From positions 1,056,001 through 1,120,000 of the forward strand of contig CBDCSU010000005.1 in the NCBI GenBank assembly GCA_965221775.1: 64,000 nucleotides of DNA. Reading direction: 5' to 3'. The stretch's first letter is position 1. Every line of letters starts with the position of its first letter. Shown here piece after piece: positions 9,029 through 19,300 of this stretch. A program made the translations under genes and the position numbers. The stretch is from Candidatus Latescibacterota bacterium. GTDB taxonomy: Bacteria > Latescibacterota > UBA2968 > UBA8231. The notes beneath the pieces are model-generated. The model saw only the letters and a program-made list of their open reading frames with translations, had not been told where the DNA came from and searched no databases.

Positions 9029-11059
9029 GTGACGCGGTTCCTCCAAGGCTGTCTCCTCGGGCTGCTTGGCGCCGGGACCGCCCTTGGCCAGTCCCTGGCC
9101 GGGGTCGAGTGGGACTCCCTGGACGACCTGCGACGCCTGGCCGCGGCGGCGACCCTGCGCCACGTCGCCCCGGGGATCGCCCTGGTCGACGCCGGACCCG
9201 CCGAGCTGGCGGCCCTGGGAGCGAAGGTTCGCTTCACGGACCGGGCCCGTCGGGGAGAGGCCTACTACCTCTCCGACCACGTGCACGACCGGCCGGCGGG
9301 CCCGCCCGTCACCACCGTCTACTGCGATCCGGGTGGCTGGGCCCTGCACCGGCTGCCCTCGCAGCGGCTGACCGAAGCCCTCGATCTCGAGCACTTCCTC
9401 TACCCCCTGCCCGAGCGCTACGCCACGCCGTCGCGGGCGAGGGCGCCGAGGGCCGCCCCGAAGCCGGCGCAGCGGCCCCCGTCGAGCCAGGTGCGCGGCC
9501 TCCTGGAGCAGGTCGACGTGGCGCGCATGCAGGCCGACCTCGACCGGCTGGTCTTCCACGACCCGGCCGCCGGCGCCGTGGCCGGCAACGTGCGCACCCG
9601 CCACGCCCGGCGTCCGGAGACCTTCGCCAGCACCACCTACCTGCGGCAGGAGCTGGCCGCCGTCCTGGGGGAGGAAGCCGTCCGGCTCGACACCTTCCAG
9701 GCCGTCCCCGGGGACTCGCTCATGTACAACGTCGTCGGCGAGCTGCGCGGCACCGATCCGGAGGCCGGCTACTGGGTCGTGTGCGCCCACTACGACGCCA
9801 TCGGCACCCTCTCCCGGCTCGCGGACATGGACCGCGTCGGCGAGGGCCGCACGGCCTGGGACTGGCGGCGGCACCCGGCGCCGGGGGCCGACGACAACGG
9901 CACGGGGGTGGTGCTCCTGCTCGAGACCGCCCGCATCCTCAGCGACCGGAGCTTCCCCTTCTCCATCCGCTTCATCGCCTTCTCCGGCGAGGAGCTGGGC
10001 CTGTGGGGCAGCCGCAGCTACGCGCGCCGGGCCGGGGCCCGCGGCGACCGCGTCCTCGGTGTGCTCAACTTCGACATGATCGGCTTCAACGACCTGGCCG
10101 AGCGCATCGAGCTGGTCACCAACCCGTCTTCGGCCTGGATCGTCGACCTCATGGTCGCCGCCGCGCAGCGCTACGACCTCGGCCTGCGCACCGACGTCCT
10201 CGAGGACCGCTTCGCCGGCCTCAGCGATCACGCCCCCTTCTGGGCCGAGGGCTACGACGCCATCCTCGCCATCGAGAACTACCTGCCCACGGACTCGACC
10301 TCGGCGGGCGTCGTGGACGGCGCCTACCGGATCAACACCCACTACCACACCGTGGCCGACCTGCCCGACTCGATCAACTGGGAACTGGTGACGGGCGTGA
10401 CCCGTCTGACGCTGGCGACGCTGGCCCAGTTCGGCGCCGAGGAGGGGCTGCCCAACCTCGCCGTCTTCGGCGGCGACCTGGCCGGCGACGGGGCGGGCGG
10501 CCTGCTGGCGCGGATCTCCAACCTCGGGCCGGTCCCGGCCGAGGGGCCCGTGGGCCTGCGCCTGCGCCGCTGCCGCAGCGACTCCAGCGGCTGCGAGGTG
10601 GTCTACGAGGGCGCCCACCCGGGGCCCGTCCCGCCGGGGGCCGCCGTCGAGGTGCGGGTGCCCTGGGGGCGCTACGGGGAGGCCCTGTTCCTCGTCGAGG
10701 TCGACCCCGGGGACCGGATCGCCGAGGAGGTGGAGACCGCCGACAACCGCGCCTTCGTCCACGTGCGTCTCGTACCCGACGAGGAGGTCCTCGTCTTCCC
10801 GAACCCCCTTCAGCGCTCCCGGGACGGCTTCGCCCGGTTCTTCGTGCCCGAGTTCTCCCGCCTGGACATCTACGACTCTCACGGGGTGCTGGTGTGGCAG
10901 GGGCGGGAGGAGTCGGGCAGCGTCGACCAGCGGGGCGAGATCCGCTGGACCGGCGTCAACGCCGCCGGGAACCTCCTCGGATCGGGGGTCTACTTCTACG
11001 AGGTGCGCAGCTTCGAGGGCGACTCGATCGAGGGCGGCAAGATCGCCGTGCTGAGATAG
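9029..11059 (+). CDS. Secreted M28 peptidase with CARDB-like and FlgD-Ig/T9SS-like C-terminal domains
   Basis: Signal peptide; CAHYD, PGADDNGTG, GEELGLWGS, SDHAPFW, YHT; tail FPNP...WTG.N..G..LGSGVYFY. Confidence 0.88.
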   Translation: MTRFLQGCLLGLLGAGTALGQSLAGVEWDSLDDLRRLAAAATLRHVAPGIALVDAGPAELAALGAKVRFTDRARRGEAYYLSDHVHDRPAGPPVTTVYCDPGGWALHRLPSQRLTEALDLEHFLYPLPERYATPSRARAPRAAPKPAQRPPSSQVRGLLEQVDVARMQADLDRLVFHDPAAGAVAGNVRTRHARRPETFASTTYLRQELAAVLGEEAVRLDTFQAVPGDSLMYNVVGELRGTDPEAGYWVVCAHYDAIGTLSRLADMDRVGEGRTAWDWRRHPAPGADDNGTGVVLLLETARILSDRSFPFSIRFIAFSGEELGLWGSRSYARRAGARGDRVLGVLNFDMIGFNDLAERIELVTNPSSAWIVDLMVAAAQRYDLGLRTDVLEDRFAGLSDHAPFWAEGYDAILAIENYLPTDSTSAGVVDGAYRINTHYHTVADLPDSINWELVTGVTRLTLATLAQFGAEEGLPNLAVFGGDLAGDGAGGLLARISNLGPVPAEGPVGLRLRRCRSDSSGCEVVYEGAHPGPVPPGAAVEVRVPWGRYGEALFLVEVDPGDRIAEEVETADNRAFVHVRLVPDEEVLVFPNPLQRSRDGFARFFVPEFSRLDIYDSHGVLVWQGREESGSVDQRGEIRWTGVNAAGNLLGSGVYFYEVRSFEGDSIEGGKIAVLR

Positions 11060-11063
11060 GGGA

Positions 11064-12869
11064 ATGAGCGCGAGACGGAGGAGGAGACGGTTTGCCGGCG
11101 CCGCGGCGGCGGCCTGCCTCGGGTTGGCCGCCGCCGCCGCGGGCGAGACCAGCCGGATCAGCGCCGAGGCCGCCGCCGCCTACCAGCTGCTCGAGATCAG
11201 GGATCCGGAGGCCGTGCCCGCCGACTTCACGGGCGGCGGCCCGGCCCACTACTGCGCCACCCCCCTGGCGGTGGCCGCCGTGGAGGCCCTGGAGGGCGCC
11301 GACCCCTTCGCCGGCCGCCTGCTGGCCCGCGCCCTGCAGCCGCCGTCCCTGGCCCACCACGCGGTCTCGCCCTCCGGCCACTTCCGGTTCCACTACGACA
11401 CCGAGGGCCCTGACGCCGTCGGTGCCGCCGACGCCGACGGCAACGGCGTGCCCGACTACGTCGACCTGGCGATGACCCTGGCCGACAGCGCCTGGCACGT
11501 GCAGGTGGAGGTCCTCGGCTACCAGGAGCCGCCGGAGGACGGGGGCTTCGGCGGGGGGGACGAGATCGACATCTTCCTGACCGACGTGGGCCGCTCCCGG
11601 CGCTACGGCCTCACCTATCCCTTGTCGGGCGGCGACAGCGGCCCCAGCTATCTCGAGATCGACAACGACTTCGAGAACCCGGTCTTCGGCACCGCCGACG
11701 GCGTCTGCTCCGGCTACAGCGGCTCCCGCGGCCACGACGCCCTGCGCGTCACCCTGGCCCACGAGTTCTTCCACGCCGTGCAGTTCGGCTACTACCAGGG
11801 CTACGACGGCGCCTGGTGGCAGGAAGCCTCGGCCACGTGGATGGAAGACGTCCTCCACCCCGGGGTGAACGACTATCTCCAGTACGTGTGCATCTTCCTG
11901 GAGTCCCCGAAGAGCGCCCTCGACAGCGGCGACCCACGGGTCGACCTGCACGCCTACGGCAGCTCGATCTTCGCCTTCTTCCTCGACCAGCGTTACGGCC
12001 GCGAGACGATCCGCTTCACCTGGGAGGAGCACGCCCGGAGGCGCGCCGTCAGCCTCGACAACTTCGACCGCGCCCTGCGCGACTTCCACGGCGAGGCCGG
12101 GGTCAGCGGCCCCGAGGCCGGCCTCGACCGCGCGTTCTCCGACTTCGCGGTCTGGTCCTGGTTCGTCGGCGACCGCCACCGCGACGAGTTCTTCACCGAA
12201 GGGGACCGCTACCCCTCCCGGGAGGAGCCGGCCTTCCCGGTGAGCGCCGGCGCCGCCGCGGCCGACAGCGGCGCCATCGACCACATGGCCAGCCGCTACG
12301 TCCGCCTCGATCCGCGTCTGCTCCCGGGGGGCGCCACCCTGCGCATCGACCAGCCCGGGGGCCGCTGGCGCAACCGCCTCCTCCTGGCCTCGCCCGACAG
12401 CCTCGAGGAACGGGACCTGCGGGCGGGCGGCAGGGTGACCGTGCGGGGATGGGACGCCTGGGACGAGGTCGTCCTCGTCCTCAGCAACGTCGACCGCACC
12501 GGCATCGGCTACGACTACGGCGTGGTGGTGGAGTACGACCCGGGGCTGGTGGACGAGGTCGGGCCGCCGGCGGCGGCCAGCCTCGACCCCGTGTGGCCGA
12601 ACCCCTTCCGGCCCGCCGGGCATGGCGCCGCGCGGATCCCCTTCGCCCTGCACCTCCCCAGCGCCGCCGGGAGCCTGACCCTGTACGCCGCCGACGGCCG
12701 CCGGGTGCGCCAGTTCGACCTGGGGGCGCGCTCGGCCCGCCGCCACCTGGTGAGCTGGGACGGCACCAACGAGTCCGGCGAGCCCGTGGGTTCGGGGATC
12801 TACTACGCGGTGCTGGAGGCCGAGGGGGTGTCCCTGCGGCGGCCGCTGGCCGTGGTGCGCGACCGCTGA
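11064..12869 (+). CDS. Secreted zinc metalloprotease (MXAN_6640-like) with FlgD-Ig C-terminal domain
   Basis: FRFHY, DADGNGVPDYVD, AHEFFHAVQFGY, WWQEASATWME; tail WPNPF...WDGTN..G..VGSGIYY. Confidence 0.85.
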   Translation: MSARRRRRRFAGAAAAACLGLAAAAAGETSRISAEAAAAYQLLEIRDPEAVPADFTGGGPAHYCATPLAVAAVEALEGADPFAGRLLARALQPPSLAHHAVSPSGHFRFHYDTEGPDAVGAADADGNGVPDYVDLAMTLADSAWHVQVEVLGYQEPPEDGGFGGGDEIDIFLTDVGRSRRYGLTYPLSGGDSGPSYLEIDNDFENPVFGTADGVCSGYSGSRGHDALRVTLAHEFFHAVQFGYYQGYDGAWWQEASATWMEDVLHPGVNDYLQYVCIFLESPKSALDSGDPRVDLHAYGSSIFAFFLDQRYGRETIRFTWEEHARRRAVSLDNFDRALRDFHGEAGVSGPEAGLDRAFSDFAVWSWFVGDRHRDEFFTEGDRYPSREEPAFPVSAGAAAADSGAIDHMASRYVRLDPRLLPGGATLRIDQPGGRWRNRLLLASPDSLEERDLRAGGRVTVRGWDAWDEVVLVLSNVDRTGIGYDYGVVVEYDPGLVDEVGPPAAASLDPVWPNPFRPAGHGAARIPFALHLPSAAGSLTLYAADGRRVRQFDLGARSARRHLVSWDGTNESGEPVGSGIYYAVLEAEGVSLRRPLAVVRDR

Positions 12870-12885
12870 GGCGTCAGGCGGTCGG

Positions 12886-12910
12886 GTGGTCCTGCTCCCG
12901 GCGCTGAGCC
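12886..12910 (-). repeat. Displaced copy of the 3' end of the SAF-domain gene (matches 13856-13880)
   Basis: 21/25 identity with a 13-bp exact core GGTCCTGCTCCCG; reads AQRREQDH versus ALRREQDR in the gene. Confidence 0.65.
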
Positions 12911-12941
12911 GCCCTTCGCGAGGCGGCCGGCCGCTGCCGGC

Positions 12942-13823
12942 TCACTCTCCCGCGACCTCGATCCGCAGACGGCAGTGGTCGCTCGCGCCCCACTCTTCGA
13001 CCGAGTTCATGGCGCGCACGCTTACGCTTTCGTGAAAACCGCGGGAGGCGAAGGCGTAGTCGAGCTGGTTCTGCGCGGTCCCGGGGTTCCTTCCGCGCGT
13101 GTAGTAGGTGGGGACGTTCAGGGTGTCCGGCGGCAGGCCTGGCGGCGTGGGACTCGCCCGCCGGCCCGCGGGGTGCCGGGGCCCCAGGAACTCCATGCCG
13201 AGGGCGTCCATCCTGTCCGTGACGGTGCGGTCGCGAGCCGGCAGCGCCAGGCGATTGTCGTCGGTGGCTCCGTAGATCATGTTCAGATCGCCCGCGGCGA
13301 GTATGCGGTGCGTACCCGGGTCGGTGCTGCCGATGAAGGCGGACAGGTCCGAGATGATGCGGTGCGCCGAGCCGTCCGAGTAGCCCACGGGCCACTTGCT
13401 GTCGGCGCGCGGATGCGGTGTGGTCCAGCGCGCGTACATGGACACGGCGATGAAGGGCGGGGCGTCCTTCGGGATGATGCGGGCTGCCGCTGTCGTCCCG
13501 ATCCCGCTGACGGCTATCTCGTCTTCAGCCGTAGCGCATATCGGGCTGACCTGCTTGAACCACTCGACCTCGACCCGGTCTGACAGCTTCACCACCATCG
13601 CCCAACGGTCGTACAGATGCGGCCACCGGTCGCCATACCAACGCGAATTCCAGAGATGCGCGTCCCAGTGTTCCACAGGCCCCGTATCAATTCTGTCAGC
13701 CACGTCGGGCGGCGGTGGTTGGCCCGCCTCCTGCAGCAGGGCCACGTCGGCGTCCATCTCCAGGAGTTGACGCCAGGGTTCGTCGCGTTTGGCGATGTTC
13801 CAGCTCACTGCAACTACGGCCAC
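12942..13823 (-). CDS. Endonuclease/exonuclease/phosphatase (EEP) family protein
   Basis: SWNI, DVALLQEA, AGDLN, QLDYAF, SDH; GTG start after GGAGG; codon usage looks less GC-rich than neighbours. Confidence 0.85.
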   Translation of the reverse strand: MAVVAVSWNIAKRDEPWRQLLEMDADVALLQEAGQPPPPDVADRIDTGPVEHWDAHLWNSRWYGDRWPHLYDRWAMVVKLSDRVEVEWFKQVSPICATAEDEIAVSGIGTTAAARIIPKDAPPFIAVSMYARWTTPHPRADSKWPVGYSDGSAHRIISDLSAFIGSTDPGTHRILAAGDLNMIYGATDDNRLALPARDRTVTDRMDALGMEFLGPRHPAGRRASPTPPGLPPDTLNVPTYYTRGRNPGTAQNQLDYAFASRGFHESVSVRAMNSVEEWGASDHCRLRIEVAGE

Positions 13824-13840
13824 CCGTCCCTCCGCTGATC

Positions 13841-15196
13841 TCAGGGATCGAGGATGCGGTCCTGCTCCCGCCGCAGCGCCAGCAGAAAGCCCTCCTCCAG
13901 AGCCACATCCGCGTAGCGCACCACTTCGCCGGCGGCCACGGCTGACTTCAGCCTCGCGCCGGACGACAGGCCGAGGGGCAGGAGCCCTTCGGCCCGGGCC
14001 GCCGCCGCGGTCTCGATCACCCCGTTCACCGTGTAGCCGCCGCCGCCGTCGAGGACCTCGCCGGCGCGCAGGTCCCGCTTGGCCACGGTCACCGTGTCGG
14101 CCACCGGTCGCTCGAGAGGCGCCCCCGTGGGCCGCTGGTAGAGGGCGGCCCGGGCGATCGACAGGGGCGCCTCCACGGCCACGAGGTGATACGCCCGCCA
14201 GAGCAGGAAGTTGCGGCCGTCCCCGCCGGCGTGGCAGTGGTAGCCGGCCAGGTCCTCGCGGATGAAGGGGTGCTCGGCGCGGATGACGCAGAACACGCCG
14301 GTGCCCAGCGGGTCGGGCAGCATCGTGCGTCCGTCGGCGGCGACGCTGTTGGCCAGCTCGACGACGCCGGAGCGGCCCAGCAGGCCCCCCTCCTCGCGCA
14401 GGCTCAAACGGCGCGGGATCTCCTCCACGTTGACCGAGGGCTCGTGCATGCCGCGCACGTCGGGCGGCAGGCCGGTCATGTTGGCCAGGGCCGTCATCTC
14501 CACCTGCGCCTTGGTGCCGTCGCGGAAGGAGTTGAACATCCTCGTGTTGATCGTGCGCCGCTCCATGAGGTCGTCGTCGAAGCCGTAGCGGTCCTGCACC
14601 GAGTCGGGGGTGCCGGCCTCGTCGTCGGCGTAACGCACGGTGCCGCGGCCGGCGGCGACGATCTCGAAGCCGAGGGTGCGGGCCCACTCGACCATCTCCA
14701 TGATGCAGCCGGGCTGGTCGCCGTCGACGAGGGTGTAGACCACGCCGGCGGCGTCGGCCCGCCTCCGGAGCAGGGCGCCCACGGTGACGTCGGCCTCGAC
14801 GTTGACCATGACCACGTGGCGGCCGGCCTCGATCGCGGCCAGGGCGTGGCGGGCGCCGGCCTCGGGCACGCCGGTGGCCTCGACGACGACGTCGACCTCC
14901 GCGCAGCCCGCCGCCAGCAGCGGGTCCCCGGTCACCGCGCACCGGCCCGAGCGCACGGCGTCGGCCACGGCGCTCTCTGAATCCGCCGCGACCCCCCGCT
15001 CCTGCTGCCCGCAGGCGGCCAGCACCTGCCGGGCGCGCTCCGGGTCGACATCGGCGACGACGGCGGTCTCCATCCCCGGAGACTGGGCGAGCTGCACGAT
15101 CAGGCCGCCGCCGAACTTGCCGGCGCCGATGACGGCCGCGCGCACCGGACGCCCGCGGCGCTCGCGCTCGGCCAGCAGGTCGCTGTAGAGGCTCAC
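13841..15196 (-). CDS. Homoserine-dehydrogenase-like oxidoreductase with C-terminal SAF domain
   Basis: VIGAGKFG, VMVNVEAD, DGDQPG, SFRDGTK, AKRDLRAGEVLDGGGGY. Confidence 0.9.
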   Translation of the reverse strand: MSLYSDLLAERERRGRPVRAAVIGAGKFGGGLIVQLAQSPGMETAVVADVDPERARQVLAACGQQERGVAADSESAVADAVRSGRCAVTGDPLLAAGCAEVDVVVEATGVPEAGARHALAAIEAGRHVVMVNVEADVTVGALLRRRADAAGVVYTLVDGDQPGCIMEMVEWARTLGFEIVAAGRGTVRYADDEAGTPDSVQDRYGFDDDLMERRTINTRMFNSFRDGTKAQVEMTALANMTGLPPDVRGMHEPSVNVEEIPRRLSLREEGGLLGRSGVVELANSVAADGRTMLPDPLGTGVFCVIRAEHPFIREDLAGYHCHAGGDGRNFLLWRAYHLVAVEAPLSIARAALYQRPTGAPLERPVADTVTVAKRDLRAGEVLDGGGGYTVNGVIETAAAARAEGLLPLGLSSGARLKSAVAAGEVVRYADVALEEGFLLALRREQDRILDP

Positions 15197-16206
15197 AGGG
15201 TCACGGTCCGGCCCGTCTGTCCCGCCTCCAGAGCGGCCAGGCAGAGGGCCAGGGACTTGACCGCGTCGGCGTAGGAGGAGCGGATCCTCGAGCCGTCGCC
15301 GGCGGCCACCGCCTCGACGAAGACCTCGTCGATCCCCGGACCCGGGGCGGTGCGGGTCTCGGTGGCCATCTCCTCCCCCTCGCCCTCTTCCCTGGGGCGC
15401 CGCTGCCGGACGGCCACCCGCTCCCGCCCCCAGGTGAGCAGGCACTGGTCGTAGAGGACGTCGACGATGTTGGTCTCGCTCCAGTCGAGGTTGTCGTAGG
15501 CCCAGGTCGTGGTCAGGGTGCCGAGGGCGCCGGACTCGAACTCGAGGATCACGGCGTGGACGTCGGGGCAGTCGATGTGGGGGATCTGGCGGTTGGCGTG
15601 GCGCGCCGTCACCGCGCCGACCTCGCCCACGAGGAAGCGCATCATGTCGAGGGTGTGGGTCGCCTGCTCCACCAGCTGCCCCCCGGACTGGGCCAGGGTG
15701 GTGACCCAGCTCTTGCGGTCCGGCGCGATACGGCCCGAGCCGCTCCAGTAGCGGCCGCTGGCGAGACTGACGGCGGCGCCTTCCAGGGCTTGGCGGGCGA
15801 TGTCGGTGGAGCCGAGGTAGCGGAGCTGGTAGCCGACGCAGGTGATCAGGCCGGCGTCCTCGACGGCGGCCTCGATGCGCAGGGCCGGGTCGAGGTGGCG
15901 GGCCACCGGTTTCTCGACGAAGAACGGCAGCCCCCGGTCGATGACGGCCAGCTCCGGCTCGCCGTGGGCGAAGACGGGGAGGCTGAGGTAGACGGCGTCG
16001 AGATCGTCGCGCTCGAGCATGCGGCGGAAGTCGGTGAAGGCCTCGGCGCCGGTGAGTTCGGCCGCCTCCCGGGCCCGGGCCTCGTCGATGTCGCAGACCG
16101 CCGCCAGGCGAGCCCGCTCCATGCCGGCCAAGCGGTTCATGTGCCCCCGGGCGTTGCCGCCACAGCCGATGAACCCGATGTCGACGGTCTTCTCTGCCTC
16201 TGCCAC
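15193..16206 (-). CDS. Gfo/Idh/MocA oxidoreductase
   Basis: GFIGCGG, EKP, GYQLRY, EQATH. Confidence 0.92.
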   Translation of the reverse strand: MAEAEKTVDIGFIGCGGNARGHMNRLAGMERARLAAVCDIDEARAREAAELTGAEAFTDFRRMLERDDLDAVYLSLPVFAHGEPELAVIDRGLPFFVEKPVARHLDPALRIEAAVEDAGLITCVGYQLRYLGSTDIARQALEGAAVSLASGRYWSGSGRIAPDRKSWVTTLAQSGGQLVEQATHTLDMMRFLVGEVGAVTARHANRQIPHIDCPDVHAVILEFESGALGTLTTTWAYDNLDWSETNIVDVLYDQCLLTWGRERVAVRQRRPREEGEGEEMATETRTAPGPGIDEVFVEAVAAGDGSRIRSSYADAVKSLALCLAALEAGQTGRTVTL

Positions 16207-16289
16207 GAGCGTCCCCTCCCTTTGCGGTCCGCGTCTGGCGTGAGCATAGCGGATGCCCGGAGCCGGAGAAAGGCGGACCCGGTTTTCTC

Positions 16290-16319
16290 TTGCCCGTCGA
16301 GCGAGGCCCTGGGTATACT
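16290..16319 (+). promoter_or_regulatory. Putative sigma70 promoter for the helicase gene
   Basis: TTGCCC-N18-TATACT in an AT-richer patch upstream of the ORF. Confidence 0.45.
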
Positions 16320-16336
16320 TATGAACCAGTGCTTGT

Positions 16337-19300
16337 TTGAGCCTCATTCCATCCCCAGCCCCGGTCGATTCCCCCTTGATCCGCAGAGTGTCACCCGACG
16401 AAGGCCAGCCCGGGTCCCCGGCCGGTGCGGACCTCGCCGCCTACCTGCGCTACCTCGAAGAGACCGCCCTCTCCGACAGCATCGTCCACCGGGAGACCCT
16501 GCCGCCGCGGCCGGCGCGTCACTCCCGCGGCCTCTCCCACCTCGGCGAGGGTGTCGGCCGGGTCCTCGCCGCCGCTGGCATCGACCGGCTCTGGAGCCAC
16601 CAGGAGGAGGGCATCGGCCACCTGCAGGCAGGGCGCGACGTCGTGGTGGCCACGCCCACGGCCTCGGGCAAGACCCTGGTCTACAACGCCGCCGTCCTCG
16701 CCGATCTCCTGCGCCACCCCTCGGGCTTCGCCCTCTACGTCTTCCCACTCAAGGCCCTGGAGCAGGACCAGCTCGACGAGCTGCGGGGCCTGCTGACGGC
16801 GATGGCCTGCGGCCTCACCGCCGAGATCTACGACGGCGACACCAAACGCCACGTGCGCGACCGCATCCGCCGCCAGCCGCCGAACATCCTGATCACCACG
16901 CCGGACATGCTGCACTCCGGGTTCCTGGCTTTCCACGAGGCCTGGGAGGAGGTGTGGCGCAACCTGCGCTGGGTGGTGGTCGACGAGCTGCACACCTACA
17001 ACGGCATCTTCGGCTCCCACGTCCTGCACCTCTTCCGGCGCCTGAGCCGGCTGTGCGCCGCCAGCGGCTCCGAGCCGCGCTACGTCACTTGCTCGGCCAC
17101 CATCGGCAACCCCCGGCCGCTGGCCGAAGGGCTCTTCGGCCGGCCCTTCACCGCCGTGACCCGCTCCGGGGCGCCGGAGGCGGCGCGCCACTTCCTGATC
17201 GCCGATCCCGTGGAGAGTCCCAACACCGCCGCCGCCCGCCTGCTGAGGTCCGCCGTCCTGCGGCGGCTGCGGTCGATCGTCTTCACCCGCGCCCGCGTGA
17301 CCACGGAGCTGATCTACCGGTGGGCCACCGACCACCGTCCGGAGCTGCGCGAACGGATCAGCTCCTACCGGGCCGGATACCTGCCCGAGGAGCGCCGGCA
17401 GATCGAGTCGCGGCTGCTCTCCGGAGACCTGCTCGGCGTGGTCAGCACCTCGGCCCTGGAGCTCGGCATCGACATCGGCGGGCTGGACCTCTGCGTCCTC
17501 GTGGGCTACCCCGGGTCGATCGTCGGCACCTGGCAGCGCGCCGGACGCGTCGGCCGCCAGGGCCGCGAGTCCGTCGTCGTCCTGCTCGCCGGCCGCGACG
17601 CCCTCGACCAGTACTTCGCCCGGCACCCGGAGCAGCTCTTCGGCCGCCAGATCGAGGACGCCGTGGCCGACCCCTCCAACCGCTACGTCCTCGAGCAGCA
17701 CCTGCCCTGCGCCGCCCGCGAGCGGCCCCTGACCCGCGACGAGCCGGGATACGCCGAGCTGGCCGGATACGCGCCGGCCCTGGAGCGGTTGACCGAAGGC
17801 GGGGAGCTGCTGCAGAGCGCCGACGGCGACACCTGGTTCGCCTCGCGCAAGCGGCCCCACCGGCGGGTGAGCATGCGTTCCATCGGCGAGAGCTGGTCGA
17901 TCGTCGCCGGCGGGTCGGAGCGGCGTCGACATGAGGCTTCTGCCGGCAACGGGGCGGCCGGCGGGGCGGAGTCAGCGCCCGCCGGGCGAGGGCGCGCCAT
18001 CGGCACGGTCTCCGGCGGCCAGCTCCACGCCGAGTGCCACGAGGGCGCCGTCTACCTGCACCGGGGCCGACAGTATCTCATCGGCGGGCGCCACCCGGCG
18101 AAGCGGCAGATCGAGGCCCGTGTCGTCGACGTCCCCTACCACACCCGGCCCAAGAGGGAGAAGGAGACGGAGATCCTCGAGGAGCTGGCCTGCCGGCCGA
18201 TGCACGGCTACCAGGCCAAGCTCGGGCGCCTGCTCGTGCGCTCCCAGGTGACGGCCTTCGAGAAGGTCCGCGCCGGCGACCAGACGGTGATCTCCCGCCA
18301 CCCTCTTGAGTGCCCGGTGGAGACCTTCGAGACCGTCGGCTTCTGGCTCGAGATGGACGCGCCCTTCAAGAAGCAGCTCAAGCGCCGGGGGCATCACTAC
18401 ATGGGATCGCTCCACGCCGCCGAGCACGCCGCCAAGTCGATCTTCCCGCTGCTGGCCCTGAGCAAGAGCACCGACGTGGGCGGCATCTGCTATCCCATGC
18501 ACCCGCAGCTGCGCAAGGGGGCGATCTTCGTCTACGACCACTACCCCGGGGGGATCGGCCTGGCCGAGAAGGGCTTCGACATGCTCGACCGCCTTCTCGA
18601 GCTGACCCTCGGCCTGGTGGAGGCCTGCGACTGCGAGGAGGGCTGTCCCTCGTGCATCCACTTCCCCACCTGCGGCGCCGGCAACCACCCCCTCGACAAG
18701 GCCGGCTGCGTGCACCTGCTGGAGCTGCTCTCCGGCCGCGCCAGCCTCGACGAGGAGTCCCTGGAGGTCGACGGCCTCGAGGCCGAGCCGCCCCTCTTCG
18801 CCGACTGGGAGTCGGACGGCGGCGAGGACGGCCCCGGGGCGACGGAGCCGGAGGAGCGGCACATCGTCGTCTTCGACCTGGAGACCCAGCTCAGCGCCGC
18901 CGAGGTCGGCGGCTGGAACCGCACCTACCTGATGAGGGTGAGCTGCGGCATCCTCTGGGACAGCCGCGGCGACGAGTTCGTCACCTACTTCGAGGACGGC
19001 GTGCCCCGGCTCATCGAGCACCTGCGGTCGGCCGATCTCGTGGTCGGCTTCAACTGCATCGGCTTCGACTACTCGGTCCTGCGCGGCTACACCCGCTTCG
19101 ACTTCCGCGACCTCGACACCCTCGACATGCTGCGCGAGATCCGCGGTCAGCTGAACTTCCGCGTCAGCCTCAACAGCCTCGCCCAGGCCACCCTGGAGGA
19201 GGAGAAGTCCGCCGACGGCCTGCAGGCCCTGCGCTGGTGGAAGCAGGGGCGTCTCGACCTGATCGAGGAGTACTGCCGCAACGACGTGCGCATCACCCGC

